A stretch of 34,597 nt of DNA from Candidatus Peregrinibacteria bacterium. Its GTDB lineage: Bacteria > Patescibacteriota > Gracilibacteria > UBA1369. The stretch lies in assembly GCA_014729615.1 (NCBI GenBank), contig WJJQ01000039.1:1-34597 (forward strand), given 5' to 3'. How positions within the stretch are numbered: the stretch's first letter is position 1; the number at the start of each line of letters is the position of its first letter. Of the stretch, positions 26,287 through 34,577 are shown piece by piece. The notes below the pieces were generated by a model. That model saw only the letters and a program-made list of their open reading frames with translations, had not been told where the DNA came from and ran no database searches. The position numbers and the translations under genes were made by a program.

Positions 26287-26315
26287 ATTGTATCAAAACT
26301 GTAATAAGAAGTCAA
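26287..26315 (-). promoter_or_regulatory. Promoter of the candidate ncRNA (TTGACT-17-TACAAT)
   Basis: Minus strand: TTGACT (26315..26310), 17-nt spacer, TACAAT (26292..26287). The predicted start is near 26280. Confidence 0.55.
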
Positions 26316-26325
26316 ACATACTGTA

Positions 26326-27102
26326 ATGGACAAACACAAGAAAATATTGCAAAACATATTACAGTCAAAAAAGCAAATAATAGAAAAAATGCATATAAAA
26401 GCCATAAAATCTAAAACCATTACACCGCAAGATGATATTATTACATCTTTGTTGGGCACATTACACCGGCATAAAATACCTGAAAAAACAGTGATTATAA
26501 TAGCATCTAAAGTAGTGGCAATTACAGAGGGGCAAACGTGTAATGTTACAGGTAATGAAGACCTTGAAAAACTTGTTAAGAAAGAGGCTGATCAGTACTT
26601 TAAAGGGTCTCCGGTGCCGCTGTCTGTTAAAAACGGAATATTCACACCCTGGAGTGGAATCGATGCCTCGAACGCCGGTAATAACAAAGTAATAAAATGG
26701 CCGGCTGATTCTTCCAAAACCGCGTATGAAATTTGGAAAGCGGTCAAAAAAGCTAAAAATATTAAAAAAATTGGTGTAATTATTGCCGATTCTTTTTGCG
26801 TGCCTCTTCGAAAGGGTACAATTTCAATCGCAATCGGTTATGCCGGATTTGAACCGATTAAAAATTATAAAGGTAAAAAAGACATTTTTAAGCGGACACT
26901 GAATTACAGCCGTCAGAATATGGCAGATATGATTGCAAGCGCCGCCACTTTGGAAATGGGAGAGGGGAGTGAAAAAAAGCCATTTGTTTTGGTTTCAGGC
27001 CTTGATATTAAATTTACAAATAAAAAATCGGACATTCATGACTTGATTCTTAGGCCGGAAGAATGTTTATATAAACCCATATTAAAAAAAATTAATGTTT
27101 AG
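26326..27102 (+). CDS. CofE-like (F420-0:gamma-glutamyl ligase family) protein
   Basis: VIIIASKVVAITEG, GIDASNAG, VIIADSFCVPLRKGTISIAIGYAGF and ADMIASAATLEMGEGSEKKPFVLVSG follow the CofE-fold pattern. The true start may be ATG 26389 (MHIKAIKSKTI...). It overlaps purN by 8 nt. Confidence 0.6.
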   Translation: MDKHKKILQNILQSKKQIIEKMHIKAIKSKTITPQDDIITSLLGTLHRHKIPEKTVIIIASKVVAITEGQTCNVTGNEDLEKLVKKEADQYFKGSPVPLSVKNGIFTPWSGIDASNAGNNKVIKWPADSSKTAYEIWKAVKKAKNIKKIGVIIADSFCVPLRKGTISIAIGYAGFEPIKNYKGKKDIFKRTLNYSRQNMADMIASAATLEMGEGSEKKPFVLVSGLDIKFTNKKSDIHDLILRPEECLYKPILKKINV

Positions 27103-27694
27103 ATTAGGAGTACTTGCGTCAACCAGGGGAACAGATTTACAGGCAATTATTGATGAAATAAATGCCGGCGAAATGCCCGGAATTGAAATAGCAATAGTTG
27201 TGAGTAATAAAAAGAATGCATATGTGTTGGAAAGGGCTAAAGAACACAATATTGAGGCCATTCATCTAGATCCGAAAAATCGATCCAAAGAAGAATACGA
27301 CCAAAAACTGGTTAAAATTTTTAGGGAAAAAAATGTGGATTTGGTTTGTTTAATCGGTTACATGAAAATATTGACTCCCGTTTTTGTAAACGCGTTCAAA
27401 AATAAAATTATCAACGTTCATCCCGCTTTAATGCCCAAATATTCGGGGCCGGGGTTTTTTGGAGCGAATGTACATGAACAGGTTTTAAAAAATAAAGAAT
27501 CCGAAACGGGGGCCACGATTCATATCGTAGATGAAGGAGTTGATACCGGCCCCATTTTAATGCAAAAAAGCGTAACCGTTGATAAAAACGACAATGCTGA
27601 ATCCCTAAAAAACAAAGTTCAGGCCCTTGAGAAAGAAATGTATCCCGAAGTAATCAGAATGTTTAAGTCCGGTAAAAATCCTGATCAAAATTAG
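27095..27694 (+). CDS. purN: Phosphoribosylglycinamide formyltransferase
   Basis: LGVLASTRGTDLQAIID, LVCLIGYMKIL, NVHPALMPKYSGPG and TGATIHIVDEGVDTGPIL. Confidence 0.9.
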   Translation: MFRLGVLASTRGTDLQAIIDEINAGEMPGIEIAIVVSNKKNAYVLERAKEHNIEAIHLDPKNRSKEEYDQKLVKIFREKNVDLVCLIGYMKILTPVFVNAFKNKIINVHPALMPKYSGPGFFGANVHEQVLKNKESETGATIHIVDEGVDTGPILMQKSVTVDKNDNAESLKNKVQALEKEMYPEVIRMFKSGKNPDQN

Positions 27695-28307
27695 ATAAAT
27701 ATATCCAGCCTCCAAAGTCACTGTTTTCAACGTAAAGGTCAAATTCAGTTTGTCGGCATATAGCTGTAGGATTTCCGGCACGACTTATTAAATATATCTC
27801 ATTTGGGCTAATTTTTTTATTGTTTTTCTTCCTTTCATCTAAAAAATCTGTGAGATATTTTGATATCTTTGACCTTAAATCATTGACCTTTTGCTGGTCA
27901 GCATAGCCCAATTCAGAATACAAGTCTCCTTCAACGCCCTCATCATGCTGTAAATAAAAATTTGCCATAAATTCGCCCCAAGCCGGAATTATCCTGAAAT
28001 GCTTGAATAATTCATCATCAGCATTACGCAGAGCATCATGTAATGAATCAAAATCCTCATTTTTACGTATTTTACCGGTGCTTTTATCTATAACCAGTTC
28101 TCCCGTTTTAGGATTAAAAATTTGTATTGAATAGCTGATCCCACCATTGCTTAAGCGAAACACCTTGCTTAATAATTCTCCTTTTAAGTCAAATCTCTGC
28201 CACTCATAAGAATTACCACTTTTTTCCACGCTCCATTTTGAGGCTTTTTTAGTGGTTCTTTCCTTCGAACGCAATTTTTTCGCATCGGGATTTTTCATAG
28301 CCGCCAC
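27663..28307 (-). CDS. Hypothetical protein with a basic N-terminus
   Basis: 214-aa ORF with a GTG start at 28307; an alternative ATG is at 28298. It is the last gene of the minus-strand operon and overlaps the purN 3' end by 32 nt. I recognise no motif. Confidence 0.6.
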   Translation of the reverse strand: MAAMKNPDAKKLRSKERTTKKASKWSVEKSGNSYEWQRFDLKGELLSKVFRLSNGGISYSIQIFNPKTGELVIDKSTGKIRKNEDFDSLHDALRNADDELFKHFRIIPAWGEFMANFYLQHDEGVEGDLYSELGYADQQKVNDLRSKISKYLTDFLDERKKNNKKISPNEIYLISRAGNPTAICRQTEFDLYVENSDFGGWIYLSNFDQDFYRT

Positions 28308-28320
28308 AATATATACATTG

Positions 28321-29136
28321 TCAGCTTTTTTTCAATCCTTTTTTTGACCACTTTAAATAATATTTTAACGCGCTAATTACATGATTCCAGAAGACCGCTT
28401 TAAAAAGCAGTGTGCGGAATTTTCCCTGACTTAATCTTTTTTGATAATGCTCAACAACAACTTTAGGATAATAGACCACTTTCTTATCAAGCAAACTGAT
28501 TTCTCTGCATAAATCAAAGTCTTCCATAAATAAAAAATACCTTTTATCAAATCCACCAACCCTGTCCCAAACCTTTTTTGGAATCATCATGGCGGCCCCT
28601 GTAATTAAGTCCACTTCTTGTATTTTATTATGATCAAAGTCAGCCATTAAATATTTGTTTACCCTTTTTTTGAAAAAAGGTAGTTTTCCCAAAAATGAGC
28701 GGTTTAAAACAAGATCCCAAAAACTCATCAACCGTCGGCACGATTCCTGAATTTTACCACTTGAATACCGCAGTTGCGGCCCCAATAAACCGATTTCTTT
28801 ATGCTTTTCCAAATAATCCACCATTTTCTTTAAACTGTTTTCTTTAACGGTTACGTCCGGATTATGAATAAAAATATAGTCGCCTTTTGCAATTCGTGCG
28901 CCCAAATTATTTCCTTTACCAAAGCCAATATTATTAGGTGATTTAATCAAAGTAATTCGCTTTTCTTTTTTTGCCATGTTTAGAAAATCCAAGCTTTCCA
29001 AGTCTGTGGAGGCATTATCGACCACTATTATTTCAAAAGGAAAATTTGTTTTTGATTTTTCCAGAGCTTCAATTGCCAGTTTGGGAAAATACTTGTGATT
29101 GTAGTTAACGATTATTACGGAAACTTTAGGTTTCAT
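28321..29136 (-). CDS. Glycosyltransferase family 2
   Basis: VSVIIVNYN...IIVVDNASTD N-terminus and FMEDFDLCRE (ED-x-DLC) motif. Confidence 0.85.
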   Translation of the reverse strand: MKPKVSVIIVNYNHKYFPKLAIEALEKSKTNFPFEIIVVDNASTDLESLDFLNMAKKEKRITLIKSPNNIGFGKGNNLGARIAKGDYIFIHNPDVTVKENSLKKMVDYLEKHKEIGLLGPQLRYSSGKIQESCRRLMSFWDLVLNRSFLGKLPFFKKRVNKYLMADFDHNKIQEVDLITGAAMMIPKKVWDRVGGFDKRYFLFMEDFDLCREISLLDKKVVYYPKVVVEHYQKRLSQGKFRTLLFKAVFWNHVISALKYYLKWSKKGLKKS

Positions 29137-29145
29137 ACCTTTTTC

Positions 29146-30456
29146 TTATGCGATTTTTTTCTTTAACTCATCTCTATAAACTTTTGAAATATCAAGCCTG
29201 TTTTCATATTCTTTTAATTGCCAGGAGCCGGTTATAAATTTTCCATCATCAACATCTTTTTCAACAACAATTCCCGCTCCAATACAGCAATTATTACCGA
29301 TTTTGATTCCCGGCATGAAACTGGTATTCACACCGGAACGGACATTATTACCTGTAATAAGTCCAAATTTATTTCTGCCACTGCTTATTCTTTGTTCCCG
29401 GATTGTAACCTCGATGTCTTTTTCATCGAAGCGCAGATTTCCGGTTACAGTACCTGAACCGAACGAAACATTATTTCCTATAATACTGTCTCCGACATAA
29501 TTTGTGTGTGTCCAGACATCATTTCCAAAATAAGACCTTGCAACTTCAGTACCAAAGCCAACAACACACTTTTTACCCACACATGAATTTCGAACCAGAC
29601 CATTGGTTGCAACAATACTTCCATCACCAATATATGTCGGGCCGTTAACCATCGCGTTGTCCAACACTTTCACCCCCTTGCCCAAATACACATTACCCTT
29701 GATAATTGCGGAATCGGCAATTTCTGCGTCTTCACTATGTATACCTTCCAATTTAGATAAGAAAAAATCCATAACATCCAACACATGCCAGGGATACTTG
29801 ATCGGCTGCCAAAAACCGTCATAAGGAACTGCCTTGATTTTCATGCCATCTTTAATCATTTTATCGACGGCAACTTCGTATTTATCGTCAGAATCGGTTT
29901 TTGCATTACGTATATAGCTTGCTAAAGTATTTCCATCTTCAAAATAGTGAATTACAATATTAACCATATCGCTGGGCTCGTTTCCTTCACCCGGTTTTTC
30001 CATAATTCCGGTGATAAAATTATTTTCATCTGTACTTAAGTACCCGCCCGGAAAATATTTAGACACTTTTTTCCCTACAATCGCTCCGTCAAGGTCGTCA
30101 GAAATACTGGCGGCCATTAGTTTAAAAGCGTCTTTTTCCACCACATCGTTCGAACTTACTATAATCAGCGATTCGTTTTGTGTTATTTCCAAAGCAGACA
30201 AAACACCTCCTGCTTGACCGGCATTTAGATCGGTTTGTTCTACAAGGTGAATTTTATAAGGTAAAGGATCACAAACTTTTTCAATTTTATCCAGATTATG
30301 CTTACCCCCAACTATTATAAAATCATTAAACCCGCTTTCCGCCAAAGTTTCCAGCTGATGCTGAAGCAGCGACTTCCCCATAAATTCCAGAAAAATCTTA
30401 TCTTCAATGGGTTTCAGGCGTTTACTTCTTCCGGCGGCAAGTAATACGACTTTCAT
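29146..30456 (-). CDS. Sugar-1-phosphate nucleotidyltransferase fused to a left-handed beta-helix acyltransferase domain (archaeal-type GlmU-like)
   Basis: N-terminal VVLLAAGRSKRLKP nucleotidyltransferase loop. The C-terminal ~170 aa have hexapeptide-repeat character (IGDGSIV..., IGNNVSFGSG..., IGNNCCIGAG...). Confidence 0.8.
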   Translation of the reverse strand: MKVVLLAAGRSKRLKPIEDKIFLEFMGKSLLQHQLETLAESGFNDFIIVGGKHNLDKIEKVCDPLPYKIHLVEQTDLNAGQAGGVLSALEITQNESLIIVSSNDVVEKDAFKLMAASISDDLDGAIVGKKVSKYFPGGYLSTDENNFITGIMEKPGEGNEPSDMVNIVIHYFEDGNTLASYIRNAKTDSDDKYEVAVDKMIKDGMKIKAVPYDGFWQPIKYPWHVLDVMDFFLSKLEGIHSEDAEIADSAIIKGNVYLGKGVKVLDNAMVNGPTYIGDGSIVATNGLVRNSCVGKKCVVGFGTEVARSYFGNDVWTHTNYVGDSIIGNNVSFGSGTVTGNLRFDEKDIEVTIREQRISSGRNKFGLITGNNVRSGVNTSFMPGIKIGNNCCIGAGIVVEKDVDDGKFITGSWQLKEYENRLDISKVYRDELKKKIA

Positions 30457-31631
30457 CAGGTAACTAATAATTCAAGTAAATTTTTCTTTTTGGCTTGCGC
30501 AATTTCCATGGCGATCCTTTCTCCGTAACTTATGCTGTTGCCATATAAATATCCGCTATAAGGAGTAAATCTGGTTCCGGGAGACCCGGGAATACGCATA
30601 CTGACGTCAAAAATTACTATTTCTTCATGACCGTCTTCGGTAATTACGGCACCTTGTAAAGCAAACGGGCCAATAATACCCGGCGGATTTTCTTCCCGCG
30701 TTAGTTTAAGAAAAGCTTCGCCGGCTTTAAATGCTTTTTCAAGAATTGATTCTTTTACGGTACATGTCATATGCCCGTTTTCAATCATTCTTGGCTTCAT
30801 ATATTTCAATACTTCAATTTGCTCAGGCGCGGTTAGGCGTAATATGCCATCAAGATTTGTTTGTCGTCTTATATCTGTTCCCATTAATTCCAATTCTTCA
30901 CTTACAGGTGAATAAAAATAATTAAAATTAACGTGGGCTCCAACTACAAACTCTTCTATAACGGCTCGATCCAACCCTTCCTGGTTGATTATACCCGCTT
31001 CTATTAATTCTTTGGATTTTGTGTAATAATCTTCCGGTGTTGCCGCCACAAAAAAAGCTCGTTCATAAGTTCTGGCAACTTCATTGACTTTCACAAGCAC
31101 CATTCGGTCAATTTCTTCCGGATTATTGTAGATTTTAGGAAATCTGATTCCTGCTTGCTCCAAAAGATAATATTGGTTTTTTTCAACATCTCTTTCTTCA
31201 AGTTTTAACATATTTCGCGTTCCGAAAATTGGCACTTTAAAGTCACTTTCAACCTTCGCGAAATCGCAATATACCCAAAAATACCTGTTATGCACAAAAA
31301 TAGTATTATGTTTTCGCAGTTTTTCCTGAATATCTTCATTCACAATATCACCAAAATTATCAACCAGAATAATGTCGTCAATGCAACCTTTTACCGATTT
31401 CCACGTTTCAGGTTGATCGGGATGAACGTCAATATCCGCCCTTGTTTTAAAATATTTCTTATAAGTGTGTTCTCTGCCTTTTTGGCAAACGGCAAGCGTT
31501 TTAAAACCCAATTTTTTGGCTCCGTGGCATACATCGAGAGCGCTATGACCACCCAAAACTCCGATAGTAATTTTATCGGGATCATAACCGTTTAAAGTTT
31601 CCAGTATTAACTGATGAGAAATTGCAGACAT
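30456..31631 (-). CDS. purP: PurP-family ATP-grasp (5-formaminoimidazole-4-carboxamide ribonucleotide synthetase-like), paralogue 2
   Basis: ITIGVLGGHSALDVCHGAKKLGFKTLAVCQKGRE...YKKYF is the archaeal PurP (DUF1246 plus DUF1297) N-terminal signature. I start it at ATG 31631 (MSAISHQ...), which removes the 35-nt overlap produced by the track start. Confidence 0.8.
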   Translation of the reverse strand: MSAISHQLILETLNGYDPDKITIGVLGGHSALDVCHGAKKLGFKTLAVCQKGREHTYKKYFKTRADIDVHPDQPETWKSVKGCIDDIILVDNFGDIVNEDIQEKLRKHNTIFVHNRYFWVYCDFAKVESDFKVPIFGTRNMLKLEERDVEKNQYYLLEQAGIRFPKIYNNPEEIDRMVLVKVNEVARTYERAFFVAATPEDYYTKSKELIEAGIINQEGLDRAVIEEFVVGAHVNFNYFYSPVSEELELMGTDIRRQTNLDGILRLTAPEQIEVLKYMKPRMIENGHMTCTVKESILEKAFKAGEAFLKLTREENPPGIIGPFALQGAVITEDGHEEIVIFDVSMRIPGSPGTRFTPYSGYLYGNSISYGERIAMEIAQAKKKNLLELLVT

Positions 31632-31644
31632 AATGTAAAAATAG

Positions 31645-32691
31645 TTAACCGAGTATTTCTTCCAACCTTCCGGATTCAATCGCCGTCTTTATATCTCTGG
31701 CGATTCTTCTGCCCGTGCTCATAGGTTCATTATATTTCAACCAAGTATAAGGCGAGCCATGAACGTAGGGGTTGGTACCGGCAACTATTCTAGCGGAGAT
31801 TTCAAAAACATTAAACCTTAGTTCCGGATCAATGATTGCTTCAAGGCAAAAAGGTCCGTATAGTCCTTTTTCTAGTGTTGAGTTTGTTTTTTCACAATGC
31901 AACTTTTTTGATTCTTCAACGACTCTTTCACCCATTTTAAAAATATCGGCTAAAACAGACTCCCTTATCACCAATGGAATGTTTCCGGTAATTGTATAGC
32001 TGGTTCTGATACCGACATCTAATTGATCTTTGGAGGCAATACGTCCGATTGAATCAGCATTCGATTCATAACGTTTATCGAAACTCATGATTTCCAGCTC
32101 ACCCGTTAAAGGGGATTTAAAGAAATGCGTATACATGGGAACTCCAACAATATATTCCTGAATCACATAGCCTTTTTCATTGGGATATTCCTTAATTCTT
32201 TCATAAAATTCGGCCGGATTATTAGCGATAAAGTAGCCCATTCCACCTTTAGCACCGTGAAATTTTACAATCACCGCTCTATCAATATCATCAGGCGATT
32301 TAAAAATTTGTGGTAAACGCAAACCCGCCGCTTTAAGCCATTCCCTTTCTTTGGTTCTGTCAGACTCCCATTCCAGTATCCCCTTGGTCCCATAATGCAT
32401 AACCTTAATATCCATTACCTTTTCCCAGCCCAAATAGCTTACAAAGGATCCATGCGGGATCATAATCGCATTTCTTTTTACCAATTCATCTTCAATTTCA
32501 AAAAAATCACTGAATTTATCAACGAAAAGAAATTCATCCGCCACATTATAATTTTTATAAATACCCTCACGACCTTTTTCACAAATGCAAATCGTTTTAA
32601 AGCCTTCATCTTTCGCCCCTTTTAAAATCTGTAAAGCCGTGTGGCTTCCAAGTGTCGTAATTGCATAATCTTTTATATCTGTACCGAGCAT
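31645..32691 (-). CDS. purP: PurP-family ATP-grasp (5-formaminoimidazole-4-carboxamide ribonucleotide synthetase), paralogue 1
   Basis: ITTLGSHTALQILKGAKDEGFKTICICEKGREGIYKNY...MIPHGSFVSYLG closely follows the archaeal PurP pattern. At 348 aa it is the typical length. Confidence 0.85.
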   Translation of the reverse strand: MLGTDIKDYAITTLGSHTALQILKGAKDEGFKTICICEKGREGIYKNYNVADEFLFVDKFSDFFEIEDELVKRNAIMIPHGSFVSYLGWEKVMDIKVMHYGTKGILEWESDRTKEREWLKAAGLRLPQIFKSPDDIDRAVIVKFHGAKGGMGYFIANNPAEFYERIKEYPNEKGYVIQEYIVGVPMYTHFFKSPLTGELEIMSFDKRYESNADSIGRIASKDQLDVGIRTSYTITGNIPLVIRESVLADIFKMGERVVEESKKLHCEKTNSTLEKGLYGPFCLEAIIDPELRFNVFEISARIVAGTNPYVHGSPYTWLKYNEPMSTGRRIARDIKTAIESGRLEEILG

Positions 32692-32713
32692 AAACGATTT
32701 GTTGATATTTTTA

Positions 32714-32744
32714 TAAATTAAAACATGAACGAAAAATTTCGTCC
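32714..32744 (-). terminator. Possible (partial) terminator between uppP and purP
   Basis: The minus RNA reads GGACGAA-AUUU-UUCGUUC (7 bp including one G-U) followed by AUGUUUUAAUUUAU. It lies 8 nt after the uppP stop. Confidence 0.35.
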
Positions 32745-32751
32745 ATACTTT

Positions 32752-33549
32752 TTAAATTACAATTAATAGCACCACACCTATCAGATATAAATAAATTGAG
32801 AAGTAAATCAAAGAATTGCTCTTTAAAAAGCGCATCAAAAAGGCAACTGAAATGTATCCCGCAAGAAATGAGCTCACAACTCCCGTTATGACAAGACTGG
32901 TATCAGGTAATAAAAAATCTCCACCCACGACTTTTATAACAGATAAAAGAGTGGCGGCTGTAATTGCTATAGCGCCAAGAAGAAAAGAAAATCTGGCAGC
33001 TTCATCGCGTTTCATTCCAAACATCACACCCGTGGCAATCGTGGAACCGGACCTGGAAACTCCCGGGATCAAGGCAACAGCCTGGGCCACGCCTATCCAC
33101 AACGCTTTTAACCAAGACATTTTACCGCTGTTTACTTTTTTTCCGATCTGTTCGGACAAAATAAAGAATGTGGCCAATACCAAGAGTACAATGGCCACTG
33201 TTTGTGCGCTTCTAAAGGTTGCAGATATCCATTCATTTAGTAAAAGGCCCGCGAATATTGCCGGAATTGTACCGACAACCAACATAAAAATGTATTTTTT
33301 GTCTTTTTGATCGGCTTTTTTAATAAACATTCTAAAAAAAGCAAGAATAAGTCGCTCAAAATCCTTCCGGAAATAAACAAAAATTGCCAATAAAGTGCCA
33401 AAATGTACGGCAATATCAAACACCTGCAGGCTTTCCACCGGTAATTCCATCAACTGTTCGGCGATTACCAAATGACCCGATGAAGAAATAGGAAGGAATT
33501 CAGTAATCCCTTGCAATACGCCTAAAAATAATGCTTCTAAAACAGACAT
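32752..33549 (-). CDS. uppP: Undecaprenyl-diphosphate phosphatase
   Basis: LGVLQGITEFLPISSSGHL and PGVSRSGSTI motifs; about 8 TM helices. Confidence 0.92.
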   Translation of the reverse strand: MSVLEALFLGVLQGITEFLPISSSGHLVIAEQLMELPVESLQVFDIAVHFGTLLAIFVYFRKDFERLILAFFRMFIKKADQKDKKYIFMLVVGTIPAIFAGLLLNEWISATFRSAQTVAIVLLVLATFFILSEQIGKKVNSGKMSWLKALWIGVAQAVALIPGVSRSGSTIATGVMFGMKRDEAARFSFLLGAIAITAATLLSVIKVVGGDFLLPDTSLVITGVVSSFLAGYISVAFLMRFLKSNSLIYFSIYLYLIGVVLLIVI

Positions 33550-33568
33550 GCACTAAAAATACACTATT

Positions 33569-34096
33569 TTATTCTTTTGGACTATTTAATTCTTCAATTT
33601 TGCCCGCCCCGTTTCCATTATCGGCGCTTGTTTGCTCATTGCAATCTTTTACAAGAACAGCGACACCCATGCCAACCAGCAAAGAAATTACGGCAATGTC
33701 ATATATGCGGGATTTTAGGTTATTTGGCTTATATTTCTGTGAAGGGAACAATTGAGCTAATTGCTCTCTTCTTCTATAAAAAACATCTTTATTATTGCCC
33801 CGATAAAGTTTTTGTATGTTTTTTGGCAACTCATTATACACGATTTCATCATCACGCGGATCCGTCATGATTATGAACCACTTATGCCAAAAATTTTCCG
33901 TTTCCGCTTCAAAATATTCGTTTTCCAAACGCTGTAAATGGGATTCGTCGCTACAACATTCATGTTGATTCCTTTCGGTATTGTCTCCTTCCGGATGGTT
34001 AATAATATTCATTTCGAAAATTAAATTTATAATATTATAAAGCCACACAAAACAAAAAAAGTCAATATTTTGTTGATTAAGTCGCCTGTTTTTCAT
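33569..34096 (-). CDS. Hypothetical protein with a C-terminal TM anchor
   Basis: 175-aa ORF. Its ATG forms an ATGA overlap with the stop of the upstream HNH frame. It has a single TM helix (IYDIAVISLLVGMGVAVLV) near the C-terminus. Confidence 0.5.
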   Translation of the reverse strand: MKNRRLNQQNIDFFCFVWLYNIINLIFEMNIINHPEGDNTERNQHECCSDESHLQRLENEYFEAETENFWHKWFIIMTDPRDDEIVYNELPKNIQKLYRGNNKDVFYRRREQLAQLFPSQKYKPNNLKSRIYDIAVISLLVGMGVAVLVKDCNEQTSADNGNGAGKIEELNSPKE

Positions 34097-34449
34097 AGTC
34101 TCCTGTGCATCATCACCTTCTCATCGGTAAGATGTTCAATGTCGTGATGTGCTTTGCAAAGCGGTACCATAAATTTAGGGCTGTGGATTTTGCCTACCGC
34201 ACGCCTTAATGTATGGTGAATGTTTGTTGCTCTTTGTTGGCAGCCGGGCACCGCGCATTTTTAGCCGTATTTGTAGTTAATTGCGCGTTTGATTTTGACG
34301 GGAATATAGCTTGATTTGGCCGGTGCTTCAAGCTGGTTGTTTTGCTCTATTTGCTTGTCACGTTGATTAAGCATGTTACGTAACATTTCATTCACATCTA
34401 TTCCCTCTTCATGTAATTGTTGTAATTTTTGTTTAATGTCTTCGGCCAT
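34093..34449 (-). pseudogene. HNH endonuclease interrupted by an in-frame TAA
   Basis: The track ORF (...IPVKIKRAINYKYG, stop TAA at 34263..34261) continues in the same frame as KCAVPGCQQRATNIHHTLRRAVGKIHSPKFMVPLCKAHHDIEHLTDEKVMMHRRL (stop TGA 34095..34093). That gives C-x2-C...HH...C-x2-HH-x3-H, a complete HNH zinc-finger core split from its N-terminal part. Confidence 0.6.
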
Positions 34450-34527
34450 TTCAAATCGTTGCACGTGTTAAATATAGTCGGGTTGTTAATATTTTCTGAA
34501 TAGAAAATGAAACAATCCAGAAAGCAA

Positions 34528-34577
34528 GAAACCTTGTGTAAAATGAAGTTTGCAACAACATCATTTAACAAGGTTTC
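34528..34577. repeat. 10-bp inverted repeat GAAACCTTGT / ACAAGGTTTC with a 30-nt spacer
   Basis: 34528..34537 and 34568..34577 are perfect reverse complements. They lie upstream of the HNH frame at the window edge. Confidence 0.3.

Noticed and set aside
25841-26315. Tried to name the candidate ncRNA as RNase P RNA, tmRNA, SRP/4.5S RNA, a hammerhead ribozyme, or a purine/ZTP/THF riboswitch
   Set aside because: I scanned both strands by eye. I found no P4 motifs (GGAAAGUCC with ACAGAA-CCGGCUUA), no tRNA-like T-arm or acceptor, and no GGAAGCAGC helix-8 motif. CUGAUGC lacks the hammerhead A9. UUUCUACC at 25985 lacks the rest of the purine-riboswitch core. The class remains unknown and Infernal is needed.
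31632-31679. Track start of purP paralogue 2 at 31679 (MNPEGWKKYSVNYFYI...) and of murG at 20357 (MESACSYKSQN...)
   Set aside because: These N-terminal extensions overlap the preceding gene and precede the conserved family N-termini. The internal ATGs at 31631 and 20324 give canonical protein starts.
34261-34263. Stop-codon reassignment (alternative genetic code) as the explanation for the in-frame TAA in the HNH gene
   Set aside because: TAA, TAG and TGA all terminate well-delimited conserved genes in this window: TAA at 2504, 12784 and 25842; TAG for mutL and mutS; TGA for purP paralogue 2. The standard code 11 fits.
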